Part shown: positions 13,353-25,956 of the stretch, piece after piece
How positions within the stretch are numbered: the stretch's first letter is position 1
Layout: every line of letters starts with the position of its first letter
Assembly (NCBI GenBank): GCA_977862235.1
Contig: OZ374565.1
Coordinates: 1,488,001-1,552,000, forward strand
From: Dudresnaya verticillata
Lineage: Eukaryota
DNA length: 64,000 bases
Direction of reading: 5' to 3'
The notes under the pieces: model-generated
Databases searched by the model: none
What the model saw: the letters and a program-made list of their open reading frames with translations, nothing else
Told to the model about the DNA's origin: nothing
Translations under genes and position numbers: made by a program

Positions 13353-13940
13353 GGTGGTGTTCATTTCTGGGTGCTTGCGTGCTTTGTTATGAAGCAGTGC
13401 AGCGCACCAATCGTAGCCGAGCATTAGTAGTGTTTATTACTTATTTTTAGTGCGTCTGTGTACAGTGTGCAGAGCAGCGTGCCGGCCAATGAGAATGCTG
13501 CGCATGGCCGTATCGGAGATTGGGACCAGCAGGGCCCATTCCACCATGGGTCCGGACCACTAGGGTTTGGCCCACTTGGACCGCACCGCTCCGTGCTAGC
13601 CTACTCTGACTTGTATATAAGGGCGGCAACCAAGCGACTCCTAGGGTAATCGGGAAAGAAAACCTTGAGCCTCAAATCTATTGCAGCTCTTTCCGTTACG
13701 GTTTTCCTCGCGCCGAACCCATTGCGGACTACCACTTACACCGCAACCGAGTCCATTCCGGCACTTCTACCGCCCCCTTGTCTGTTGCGTCCCCATATCC
13801 GTTTCGATTTGGCGCTCGGTGTTCTTCCTGTCGACGTGAGCTGTTCTACCTCCCTGTAGAGGTAGTGTCTCTCTCGTTCCGTGAAGTAAAGTAAGGCCAA
13901 CTGTCCGTTACGGAATCGCGTGGATTTTCACTACACCACA
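13353..13940 (+). repeat. Possible degraded LTR
   Basis: GGTGGTGT...ACACCACA imperfect inverted termini, TATATAA at ~13614, followed by GAGTGGCG (PBS-like). No TSD found. Confidence 0.4.
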
Positions 13941-15145
13941 GAGTGGCGTGTCGCCCTTTTGACCGGAGCTCCGCCAATCCGACGGGCGTTTCACGGGAAA
14001 GGGACCAGCGCAGTTTCAGCTACCCTGAGCTTAGTAGAAACTACACCGAGTTGCTGGGACGATAAGAAGGGAACAGAAAAGATTGGAAGATCGCAAAGAG
14101 CCGCGGCTAGGAGACAAGATGTTTAATGTGATGGAGAATGGTAGAGGTCGAGAGAGATTTCCGCCTTTTTTGCGCATATCTTTATGATTTCAAACAAACC
14201 GTACATGTGAAAGTTTTGGTTGTCCCGGCTGGAGCGGAAGCAGTGTTATGTGTGTCCTTATTTGAGGTACAGTTGGAAATGGTTGTGTTGTCGTGACGTA
14301 ACTAGAACGTACTATGCATACATACCTTTTAACAAATGTATACAGGTATCGAAGTGATGGCAATCTTTTGCATAACCACTTTTCCATCTAGCCTTTACGA
14401 GTAACGGAATTAGGACTTGAAACTATGACTTTGGGATTATGATGTAGACGTTCTGAACCAACTGAACTATTCTGCCTTAAATTTTACCAATTGAATTTAC
14501 AAATACGACCATTAAACGGTAGTGTATATCATATTTGTGGTTTTGTATCACCCGTGAAACCGGATTTCGGTTCTAAGCTGCGCATCAGTCAGCGGCACTC
14601 CTATACTGTCCTCAAGGCTGTATTTCAAGCTAGTGTCTGCGTCGACGATCAGCCGTCGACTACACGCCGCCCTGGACGAGGGAACGTTACTCGCGACTGC
14701 AGTCATGTATCTTGGGGTTAAATACTGGGGTCTGCCGCCCTCGTTCCGTCGAGAAGGGCAGGGCTTTTCCTTTCCCACCCTCCCACCCATTGCGCTTGCA
14801 ACGAAATCTTATTTCAAAAACGGGAACTTTGAGGATTGGAGATCGAAATGTTCGTGGTCTCTGATCCAACCCGCATTTGCGCATGTCGTACTTAGCTACA
14901 GAATTTCTTCAAACAAGTTCTAGATTAATGTAGAGACAAAAGGCGAGAGTCCGTAGCAGACTACGGGCTTGGACACCCTGCGGGCGTTGGATGGTCCCAC
15001 TTTGATCACTTTATGTCCGCCAGAAGCTCGTAAAGAAGTTTGTTTTTTATATTTCATGTAGCCATACTGAAGTTATATTAAATTATAATATATTTTGAAA
15101 GAGTGCTCCAGTACTTCCTCGATATATTCCAGTGATAAAGGAATA

Positions 15146-16098
15146 CAGTGAATCCCCGTTGAATGCATTCTGCGTTATTTGCATAAACGCGCTAAATGCA
15201 TACTGAACCGTTCCACCACCAAAACACTTGTGATTTTGAGCCAAATGAGTATGCATCCTGCATACCTGCATAGTGCATACAGATCCGAGGACAAACCTTA
15301 TTTTTTGATTATATTTTATGCCGTTACTGCGTCAAAATGCATCATTTCAAAATTTCAAACAGTTTAAAAAACCGCCGTTAGTTTGAGTTGGGCTGTTGAA
15401 CAGCTGTTGAACAGCTGTTGAACAGCTGTTCAACAGCCGAACTGTTGAACAGCCCAACTGAAACAGCCCAACTGAAACAGCTGTTCAACAGCCCAACTCA
15501 ATCAAACTAGTTGGGCTGTTCAACAGCCCAGTGTTGAACAGCCCAACTCAAACGGCGCACATACTCTCCTCACCAACTCAGCAGGTGCTGTGACAGTTCT
15601 TCAGCAGCAACAAAAATGTTTCCTAACCCCTCACCAGGAAAGCAAGCGCTCACTCTTCGTCAGAAAGGGCTTATTCATGAATAATATAATAAGAGAAAGA
15701 ATGTGGGAGGAAACGCGACGCAAACTCTACTTGCCAACCCTTGAAGAGCTCGGTCGTGAGATTGCTGGTCAAGATGACGCAGTCGTTGCGCGCACAGATC
15801 CCGATGTGCCGGAGGAAGAGGATACTCTTTCAGTCGAGCAGGAGCTGCTCTGTCTCGCTCAGGTTCGTTCCATCCTCTAAAGGAATGGTAGCCTCTGTGA
15901 CGCAGACCAAAAGGCTTTTTATAAGTGCCAACGCTCTCTAAGAAGGGAGAAAGATATTTCCATGAAGCAAACAAGGATCGCAGACCACTTTTCGAGGAAA
16001 TAAAGAAGTTGTTGCCTAGCCCTCGGCAATTGCATACCCCCCATAAAAGCATAAAGAACCTTTCTCCCACCTAGCATGCTTACAACGAGGATTCACTG
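15146..16098 (+). mobile_element. Non-autonomous pogo/Tc1-mariner-like DNA transposon, copy 1
   Basis: TIRs CAGTGAATCCCCGTTG / CAACGAGGATTCACTG flanked by TA; retains a transposase-like C-terminus ending KQTRIADHFSRK. Confidence 0.88.
15373..15557. repeat. Palindromic array of CTGTT(G/C)AACAG / CAGCCCAACT units
   Basis: Tandem near-palindromes bounded by inverted CGCCGTT..TTTGAGTTGGGCTG / CAGCCCAACTCAAACGGCG. Confidence 0.9.
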
Positions 16099-16629
16099 TA
16101 TGAACCCGTCCACAGTGATTATTCTTATAACAAGGAATGTCTGCATATGTTATACGGTACGGCAGCAAGCATCCACCCTGTCCGTTAGGCGCAGCGAGCG
16201 TGGTAGGTTGGCAAGTCATTGGATGTGGGAGGGTACTACAGTAGCATGGTTGTGGTGTGGGGCAGAATTATTGGAGCAGTGTGGTGGTAGAGGTCAGCTT
16301 GTTTGTGTTTTTTTGGGTACGGTCAGCATGTGGTGATGATGATGATGCGGGGCTTGGTCGATAATGAGAATGTAGAGCAAAGAGGAAGACTAGCATTTGT
16401 AGCGGTTTCTGTTACAGGTTCCAGAGGGTGGGGGTAATAATAAGGGGCTCTAGGTTTCTTTGAGTAAAGTGTTCTACGGTACACTATAGCAAATGTTTTG
16501 TTATTCCACGAAGGTAGGGCTAAAGAACAACAAATACTACGTACATTATGTGGTCTAAGATCACTGCTTTCCAGCCGCAGAAATGAGTAGAATGTGTGTG
16601 TGCTTGCTGCTGGAGCTGTGTGTGTGGTA

Positions 16630-16790
16630 CAGTTTGACGAGCCAAGAGCCTCGAGCCTCGAGCCCGAGAGCCGCTGGTTTGATTTGAGCGGGCTTGGCAC
16701 CTCGACTCGACGAGGAAAGACTCGGTTCAGAGCCGTGGGTTGTAGCTGTAGACTCGGCTCAGAGCCGTGGGTTGTAGCTCGTTGGACAAG
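16630..16790. repeat. GAGCC-rich cluster containing a ~31-bp tandem duplication
   Basis: Repeated GAGCC/CTCGG; AGACTCGG(T/C)TCAGAGCCGTGGGTTGTAGCT occurs twice (16718-16779). Confidence 0.65.
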
Positions 16791-17458
16791 GTTTTGGGCA
16801 GATCGAGGTGTGTGGCGTGGCTTTTCAAGTTAAAGCGTGTACAGTATGCGTTTGTGTGGTTGCACAAACATTGTGCTGTTTTGTGTGCTCAAGGTCTTGC
16901 AAGGACCTTCTAGCTAGGTTGCATTGTCACTCCCGAGAGAGGGAGGGGTTGGCACTGGCACGAAGGGTTGTTTTGGGGGCAACAGCTTTGTACCGATCCA
17001 TGTCCACCTATAATGCTTTGTACCCATACGTGTCTGCCACCCATAGGATATCTTCTTTCTGCGAGAAAAGAGGGACAGCACGCACCAACTCGCTATGGAA
17101 AGCGTGTCGCAAGAAAACCGACCGACTCGGATAATGGGAAGCTTTCAAGCATGACGTGGTTCAGGAGGGGGCATGTGTCGACAGCATGGACAGAAGCGTT
17201 GCGTGTTTCCGATGTGTTTGCAGCTCGACGCCAAGCCCAGAATCACGAGCAGCGCCGTTGTTATTGTAAATGCTTTGGCGGAGGGGACACCACACCACCC
17301 TCTCGACCACTGCGCGTCCAATATGGGCGATGCGCGATTAGCAGTCAATGTCTCAACCACCCAGTGCGGCGACAGCTGTACCCTCGCACACACGACGAGT
17401 GAATCACAACCACAATAGATTGACCCCCCGTACAATCGAAAAAAGCCGCATGTCCACC

Positions 17459-17673
17459 TATAGTCGCTAGCGGGACTATGAGGGTGGCCGTAGTCACTTC
17501 GATGCCCCGAGGGCTTTACGGTGAGGATCCGCTACGGAATAAATACTACCTACCAAGGGAGAGCTTGCCGACCGACGGCGGAGTCCAGGCCTGCGTGGCC
17601 ACGTGTGTGGGACTCCTCAGAGAGGTACCGGACGGTGGCGTAGAAACTGCCCAGCAATGCAATGCGGGATACA
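17459..17673 (-). repeat. 3' LTR of element 2
   Basis: Direct repeat of 22578-22792; preceded on the minus strand by the PPT GAACGGGGGGAG. Confidence 0.95.
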
Positions 17674-17683
17674 CTCCCCCCGT

Positions 17684-20600
17684 TCAAAGCGCAAGGGCAC
17701 CACGAGCCTTCTCCGCCAAACCGGTCGGAGTGATCTTGCGCGCGAGGAGACGGAGCAGCATCTGCGGAACGTCGTCAAACACGCGTTGCAGGGGCTCCAC
17801 AGTATCTTCGGAATTCGGTAGGCCTTTCCAGCGGACGACGACTTGCAGGCCGTCGTCGTCCTCGATGAGGCGCATCAGCCGAGCAACGGGCATTCCGGTT
17901 TCGGACGACAGCACGTGCGGCATGATTGCCGTCGTGTTCAGTGATGCGTCGCGGTAGAACTTCAGACGCGTGCCGTGAATGTCCTCAACCATACCGTTCC
18001 GGAGATCCTCGACTTGAAACACATAGGCGTTGAGCGCTTTCACAATCCGTCGCGGACCGCGCCAGCGCAGGGCTAACTTCTCGCCTTTGAAAAAGTCCTC
18101 TCTTGCGACGAGGACAAAGTCGCCTTCCGTGAAGTTCGGAAGCGAGCCGCGCGAGGCTGCTTGGCGCTTGCGCTCGCGGGCAGACCGTACGGAATCGCGC
18201 ACCACAGGGTGTAGCTCAGCGACCCGGGCCTTGAGTTCGGATACGTTCAGCATCCGTTCGGCTTGTAACTCCTCAACCGTTATCGGAGTAGCAGTAGATG
18301 TCCGTAGGAAGGACGATATCGGCGGTGTTGGTTGCCTGCCGGTAAATGCCGTGATCGGAGCAATGTTCTTCCGTTGCGGTGAGGGCGCATTGTTGAGCGC
18401 ACTTTGCACGAGCGGCAGGATGTCGGGCCATTCCCTGAAGTGCATCTGAAGCTCAGACACAACCGATCGGAAGACGCGAAGCAGCTCCTTTCCTAGGCGT
18501 TCAACGGCACCGTTGCTCCACGGACTGTACGGCAGCGAGAAGTGATGCGGAACGCGGAGGCCTTTCGCGAGCAACCGAAGGGTTTCGTTGCGGAAGTGCG
18601 TGGGGCCATCTGACATCCATCCGTTCGGAACTCCAAAAGCGGCACACCAGTCGGTAAGGGCGTGCGCGGCGTGTTCGGCAGCAGTATCCGCAGACGGAAA
18701 AAACCAGGCGTACTCGGAATGGTCGTCTCTGACCATGAGGACGTACTTTGCGCCATCCGTACTCGGACCGACCTCGATGTAATCGAACTGCACGAGGTCG
18801 TTGGGGCCAGTACCGTAAACGGAAGGTCCGAAGGGACGCGGTATCTTCCCCCCTCCAAGTGTCGATAGACAGTGGATGCAGGCGCGTACAAAGAACCGGA
18901 CGTCGGTTGACATTGTAGACCAGAAGTAATACTTCCGTAAAACCGTTTCGGTAGCGTTCTGTCCTCGATGACCGCTCGGACCCGTCTGCGCGATGATGCA
19001 AAATCGAAGTTGCAAGTCCGAAGCGGAGTCGGGAATCCAAATTGCACCGGTCGGATTGCGCCAGACGTCATCTGTCTTGGCGAGATTCGCTGGCCGAGCG
19101 GTGTCGTTGGCGAGTTGGGTGTCTACGATAGCCTGTAGCGAAGGCCAATTGAAGTCCGAATCGGAAGTAGATGGAAGTTCCGGAATACGGACGAGACGCC
19201 GAATTGTGCGGGGGGCCGACCATCGGCCCAGTAGATCCGCCCACACGTTGTCGGTTCCCTTGATGTGGAAGCACGTGTAGTTGTACATGCTCAACCGGAC
19301 GGCCCAGCGAAGCACCTTACGGAGAGTTGTCTGCGAGAGATCAGGAACAACCGAAAGCGGATCAAACAGGAAGATGAGGTTGTTGTGGTCGGTGAAAAGA
19401 TCAAAACCGTCCGGAGTAGCGGCGAGCCAGTGCATGCGTTCGAGCGACGCGAGAACGGCGTAGGCTTCCTTCTCCAGGACTGACCAGCCCAACTGGGTGG
19501 TGTTGAACCGACCGGATAAAAACGCGAGCGGCTCGTGCCGTTGCTGCGCGTGCGGTTTCGACAGGTCCGTGCGGGGAACCTGGGTGACGATACCCGACCA
19601 AACCGTGTCGGATGCGTCGGTGTAGAAGCACAACCGCTTGCGGTCGTCGCGGTGCGACAGGGTGACCTGGTGCGCGAGAGCGTTTTTGCACGCCTCGAAA
19701 GCGGCTTGCTCGGACTTGTCCCATCCGAGTGCGGAAAGTTTAACACGGGCCACAGCGCGTTTTGTGCGCTTACCGGCTCGGTGGTAGACCCTTTCCATAA
19801 AGTCGTGGAGCGGTTGCACGAGCTCCGTAAACTGCGGAATTCCGTTTCGGACCCACTGAAGCGCACAGATAAATTGTTGAAGATGCGCTCCGTTGGTCGG
19901 TGGTTCCATGTGCAGTAAACCGTCCAGCTGGCGGGGGTCGTAGCGGATTCCGTCTTCGGAGATCAGGCGACCGCACCACCGTACGGTTGTAGAAAAGAGC
20001 ATGCACTTGGCGGGGTGCAGCTTGAGGTTGAGTGCAGCGCACAAGGCGAAGAACTTCCGAACGGCATCGAGCAATCCGGCAACGGTCTTGTGGTGCAACA
20101 GCATGTCGTCCAACCAGTGGAGGATGAACTTGAGCAATCCGGGCGGAAGTAGCGTCGCCAGCGAAGATTGCAGGTGGGTAACGGCGTTTGTCGTGCCGTG
20201 TAGAACCCGTGTCGGAGAATAGATTCCGTCCGGAGTAATGAAGGACTGCAGCATCTGCGAGGCCTCATCCAACTTGAGCTGCCAATATCCGTGCGACAGG
20301 TCGAAAGTCGCGAAGAACCGAGATTCGGAGAGCTTGATTAGCTCGTGCTCCAAGTTCGGCATCGGATACTGGTGATTGACGGTAAACTTGTTCACCGGGC
20401 GGAGGTCAACCGTGAATCGGAAGCGGGCAGGACCAGGCTTCGGCACGAGAAGCGGCGCACAAGCCCACGGCGAAGTTGGGTTCGGGTACGCCATTCCGTT
20501 TCGGACGAGCTGCTCGACGAATGCAGCCAGAAATTCGCGCTGTTCACGCGAATAATTCCGGAGTCGGACCTTGACTGGTTTGGCGTCCGGGGTGAGCTCG

Positions 20601-22489
20601 ATCTTGAGCGGCGTGATTTCTGCCGGAGGTCCAGCGGAAAATCCGGTTCGGAATATGTTGACGTGGCTCTCGACGAGCTCAGTCAGCTCCTTTGCAGATT
20701 CCGACGGTAGACCGTTGTTCCGTGCGGTTTGTAGCATTCCATCGATCCCGGCGCGGATGTCTTCTTCCTGAGCGGTATCCACGGGATCGAGGAGAGATTG
20801 ATCCGGGAACGGGTCTTCTTCATTCCGAGCGGTGTAGTAATTGACGCGAGGCCTGTCTGCAGCCTGCGGTCCACTTTCCGTTTCGGTTTCCGTTTCCGGT
20901 TCGCGAATGCGGTTGAGGCGAGCGATCATCATGCGACTGATAGCTCCGCCTCGGTTGAGTGTAGTCGGGTTTCCGATGTGCGAACAGTCGGACCCGTCCA
21001 GTACCGCTCGGTTGTGTTCGAGCAGCGTGCGCGTGTCGACCTGTAGATGCTGTAAGACCGGGAGGCCTATCAGCAGGTCTTCACAGGCCAAGTCATCGTC
21101 CGCGACGAGGAACGCGACGTTGGCGAGGGCCAGCTGGCCGCTTGAAAGATGTAAAACCGTTCTCGGAGCAGTCCACTGACGCGAAAATGAAAACGTCTGC
21201 GGGTCCGTTCCGGCTTTGAGCGCGACGCTCAACCGTACCGGAGCGATGGCGGTTATCTTTCCGATTCCGCGGATGACGGCGCGCTCAGCGAGAGCAGGCG
21301 CAACGATGCTATCGTCGCTTCCGTCATCACAGCGGCCAGTAGCTTCCAGCGATGTTTGTCCGTCGGAAACCGTAATCGGACAGGAGGGTTTCACCTCCGA
21401 GTCGGTGTCCGATGCGGATGCGGCCTTCTTCTTACTGTGCAGTCTGCCAGTAATTCCGTCTTCGGTTCCTTTATCCCTTCCGGTCTCGGGGCTTACCGAG
21501 GAGCTGGAACTCCCCTTTCTGCTGCGCGTAGACCGTGCAGGACCGTCGGAAGCCTTTTTGGTGGCAAGTTCGGCCAGCATCTTGTCCTTTTCCTCCTTGG
21601 TGGAGTCTGGACAGTCCTTGATAAGGTGCTTGCGCCCCTTGGACTTGCAAGGACCGTACGGACAATCGGGAAACGGGCGCGAAGAGCCGCCTCCCTTGCT
21701 GTGTTTGGTTGTTCCGGATCTGGGCGTTGTAGACTTGTCGGTTTTACTTCCGGATCGGTTCTTGTTTCCCTTATTACCGTCGCGGTTGCCGGCCCGGTTC
21801 TTGTTGGGCCGCGGACCGCTGTCTACCAGCTGAAAAGCTTCGGACAACCGAACGGCGTGTTTCATGAACTTCTTGAAGTCCTTCTTCAGATCATGCTTGG
21901 AAAAATCCAGATCGGATTGTAAGCGATCTTTGAGCGAAACCGGTCAGATTGCAGCCATGATATGACCAACAGCGACCTTCTGGTTGCTCTTAAGTAGCCA
22001 CGAAATCCCGTTTCGGCGTAGAAGGGCGTGATAGGACACGAACAGTGTCTCCATCCGAGAGCGGGCGTTCTTGTCGCTCATATCCATGCGGAGCTCTCGA
22101 GCCACGATAGCGTCCAGCGTCTCGAGCGTAACCGTCTCGGTGGATTCTTCGGCCTTCTTGTCTAGGTAGTCGCGGAGAACCGAATCGGATAAATCTTCAT
22201 AACTGTCGACTCCCTCGAGGAGATCGAGAGCGATGGCCGATTCGAGGTACTCGGGGTCAACGCAAAACTTGAGGTTGACCGGACGGACAGCTTCCGTCGT
22301 GGTTGACCCGGCAGCGGTGATCTGCTGCGCACGGGCCGTAACTTCCTTGCTGTACTGATCGTACAGGCGGAGGAATACGCGGATCGACTCCGCATCCGTA
22401 CGGAGTAGTCGCGGGTGATCTACCGATGTAGCCACGAATGACGCGCCTTGCGTCGCGATTCCCGGCGGCGTGGTTGAAGCCTCCGTCAT
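17684..22489 (-). pseudogene. gag-pol: gag-pol polyprotein with a single in-frame TGA (21944-21946)
   Basis: ORFs 21944-22489 and 17684-21865 are in frame. Contains C-x3-C..H..C knuckle, CDDGS protease site, RT FTVDLRPVN..WLDD, RNase H TDAS..EKE, integrase FDYI..SDG..NGAVE, chromodomain-like VRWKG..DTVEPL. Confidence 0.93.
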
Positions 22490-22577
22490 GTCGGTATGGC
22501 GTTCCGTTCGGAATCCGAGATCGGTGGTGTTGGGCGATCGGCGGGTGATCGAAGAACTAGCTTAAACTAGTGATCAC

Positions 22578-22792
22578 TATAGTCGCTAGCGGGACTATGA
22601 GGGTGGCCGTAGTCACTTCGATGCCCCGAGGGCTTTACGGTGAGGATCCGCTACGGAATAAATACTACCTACCAAGGGAGAGCTTGCCGACCGACGGCGG
22701 AGTCCAGGCCTGCGTGGCCACGTGTGTGGGACTCCTCAGAGAGGTACCGGACGGTGGCGTAGAAACTGCCCAGCAATGCAATGCGGGATACA
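22578..22792 (-). repeat. 5' LTR of element 2
   Basis: Direct repeat of 17459-17673, followed on the plus strand by TSD CCACC. Confidence 0.95.
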
Positions 22793-25700
22793 CCACCGCA
22801 GACATGAAAGAGCCACATGTGCATGTGCCATCTTGCTGCGAAACCCAGCACGTTGTACACTCAGCACAACATGCTGCGACTGTCACCACAGCTGGGTGCA
22901 CCAGCATATTGTGCTGAGTGTCGCAACGCAACCTGCCCGCCACGCCTTCTAATCTTTGACTCCCGCGCAAATGACATCTGCGACAACCGCGTATATCCGT
23001 GCCCTTGTCTTTTGGCTCTCCATTCCGGATCCCTAGCCGACTCACACGTGTTCATTCCATGCTTAAAGTGAGATGGAGACCTTTATGCATAGGAAAGACT
23101 ACAGCTCCGTAAGGGGGCTTACCTAAAACTCATCTGAAAGGCGACGGTCGAAGAATAAACGGCGGTTAACAGCCACCGCGACAGATTGAAGTACAAGAGA
23201 GGTGAGGTGGGTGAGAAGAGATCGTTTCTCAGCTATCAGCGAAGTACCCTAAAGTGTAGTCCCTCTTGTTGTGTACCTGCACCCCATATCGCGCTACTTG
23301 GAAACGACTTTCGGCAGGTTTCGTTGCTCCCCTTCATGCGTACACATCAAGTCTGCCTTGCTGTCTCGCTGCTTTTCTGCCAAGAAACTGAATCTGACCC
23401 AGACGGGAGGGGGTTTACTGAGGTCGGCGCCGGCTAGCGCAACGAAACCGACGAAAAACAAACCACTACCAAAGAATGTGCGCCACTCCAAGGGCCAATA
23501 CAAGGGGTCCCCCTACGCACCCTCCTCACACTGGTTGCCGTGTCGCCGCTTGAGAGACCCTGCTACTCTGTCTTGTAAACTCTAATTATACAGAATGTGC
23601 CTTCATTCCGCACTTTTGCCGCAAGCGTACCACCACTGCGATAAAGCCAGCAACCAATAAATGTGCTTGCAAACCAAAGGTTTTGCAGGTAGTCAAGTTT
23701 GATACTCCCAGTCTGAAGCCTCGTTCTCTCTCTGGCACTCTTCTTGCCCCGTAACAAATGACAAAACACTAGCAGGGGCGTCGTGGCCCTGCCCAACCGC
23801 TACTGTAGAGAGGGTGAGGGTGGCCCCTCTGGTTGATGTTGCGTCTATGGATAGTGTCGGCGACGCTCGGCACAACGAAGACGGCACGGCTCTGCATATT
23901 TAGTGTACTAAACACATACCTAGTAGCTTGCAGTGCAACGACCACTGTAACGTGGTAGTCTAGTTGTAGACCCTTCAACGTGCTCCAAAAAACCTGTGAC
24001 TGTCCAAAACAAATTAATCTGGATGATACAGTATTGTTTTGTATTGGTGAGGTGAGAGAGAGAGGGAGCGTGGTCGGTGCGACACCCAGGGTGAGCTCAA
24101 CTCCTATATGCACAGTATGCTCTAGCTGAGCTGGGTGGACCCAGCACGCTGGCGGTTCTGTAAGGTTCTATCAAAAATTGTTAGTCCAACAGTCTATTCG
24201 TTCACAGAATCAAAATGAAGGCCATCCCTGTGCACCTTGACCCTATTATGCCCCCGTGGGGGCATTGTATGGGATCATCAGCACCGCACTGCACCATACA
24301 ACGCGGCATCTACAGCGTTTGGATTATGGCACAATGTGTGCGGAAAATTGGCTGCAAGAAGGCATGCGCATGCACATACACGGTATATATGTACTCTACC
24401 GCATGTCTATGAACGCCTCACGTTGCGGGATTGGAGCAGGGGTACGTACTGCACAGTATTTGCAGGCCAGCCCCGTATGTAAAAGTTCGTTTGTCACAAA
24501 CAAGCAAAACATGAGACGATTCTATGGAGTCCCCATAAATCATTTCTCTCTCTGTCGCTATCGCTGCCCTCGGGGAGAGCCCTCACACCACCTCTTGGGA
24601 GTACAGTATACTGTACCAGCTGCGCCTCCCTGCGACAGCGAAAAACGTGTTTGCACCAACACGAAGAATACGCAGTTGATCGGGCAGCGGGAGCCGAACG
24701 CGCCGTTTTGGAGTTGCCCATGGCGTGCGTGCGGATGAAGGGGCTGCCTCAAAGGGCAGTAGACATTACGACTGTTATTACACATTTTGTGCTCACTTTT
24801 GGCGGGACGCGGAATGCACCCGACAAGGCAACTCTACAGGATAGTTGTGCCGACACTTTGTAAATCAGGCTTAGGAGGTGGTTCTAGCATAGGATACGCG
24901 GCGATCTGCGATCTACTGCTACTGTATATCAACTTCTTAGCGCTCTACCCCCTAGTCGAAAGCTCTAAACACCCTTACTGCATGTTATTTTAGCGGCTGC
25001 ATGTACCGGAGCCATGTAGCAACCCCAGGTTTGCAGCGCTAAAATCAAGCCACACAACTGCCTAACCACACGTCAGCCTTGCTCTGTTTGTGTTCAGTCG
25101 AGCGATAGAGCTTAATGAAAGGACAGCCAGCCTGTATGCAGCAGTTGCCGCTAAATCACAGCTGCATTTGACGCTAATGTTGCACCGTTTGCAGAGTATC
25201 GTTTGTCTTCTGCCGCCACTAACAGGGCCACGCAGCACACTCACTGTCTGTCGCATCGTCATCGTGGTCACTGCCACCCACCCACAGCCACCCAGCCACA
25301 GCCACCCAAGACTGGTTGTCAGTCTATTTGACCAAAACTCTCATGTGAACAACCACAGTTACAGCTGGCATACGCTCTAAAAGCATGTTCTGCTCTGGAC
25401 AGATAGAGGCAGACAAAATCTTGCTTCCTGTCATCCCAGTCATCTCTCCCTCTCACTCACAGCAATTTTCCTGCGATTCGCATACGATGTGATGCAACTG
25501 ATGAAACTGCAACACATCCTGCTGGAGACAGCACAAACTGCAACATACAACTGAGCCTCTTCCTCCCATGTCAAACGAAGGACATCAGTCTGCCCTTATC
25601 GTGCACCGCTACGGCACACGTAGGACCTCGCTAAAGGTTACCCAGCACCTATCAATCGCACTATGCCCCGTTATTCACCGCTATATCGGCACTTATTCAC

Positions 25701-25839
25701 GCCATCACCGTCTGCAATTTGCGCTCCCCACAAAAACCCCACCGCTTGCAGCAAACTGGGTGGCTCCATAGCCTCTAACCCCATGCTATAGCCCACTTAG
25801 ATCTCTGTAACACGCCCTAAAACCCCATACAGCACCTGC

Positions 25840-25847
25840 TATAAAAG
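25840..25847 (+). promoter_or_regulatory. Probable TATA box
   Basis: TATAAAAG 117 bp upstream of the ATG at 25957. Confidence 0.55.
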
Positions 25848-25956
25848 TCGCGAGACTTCCGCAGACCACGCTACCACCCAATCTCCACTCCAACCTCCGC
25901 AGAACACATCACCTACAGTAACACCTCTTCCTCCGAAACCTCGCCGAAAATCCGAA

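Larger units (their letters stand above)
17459..22792 (-). mobile_element. Young compact Ty3/gypsy LTR retrotransposon (element 2)
   Basis: Two 215-bp LTRs that look identical, TSD CCACC on both sides, PPT at 17674-17688, single gag-pol frame. Confidence 0.97.

Noticed and set aside
15373..15557. CRISPR-like array
   Set aside because: No unique spacers between constant repeats, no cas genes, eukaryotic context.
18030..21922. Plus-strand ORFs overlapping element 2 pol
   Set aside because: Shadow ORFs of a GC-rich coding strand.
22800..23600. LINE 3' remnant
   Set aside because: Only vague Cys/His patterns; no RT or endonuclease motif could be read.
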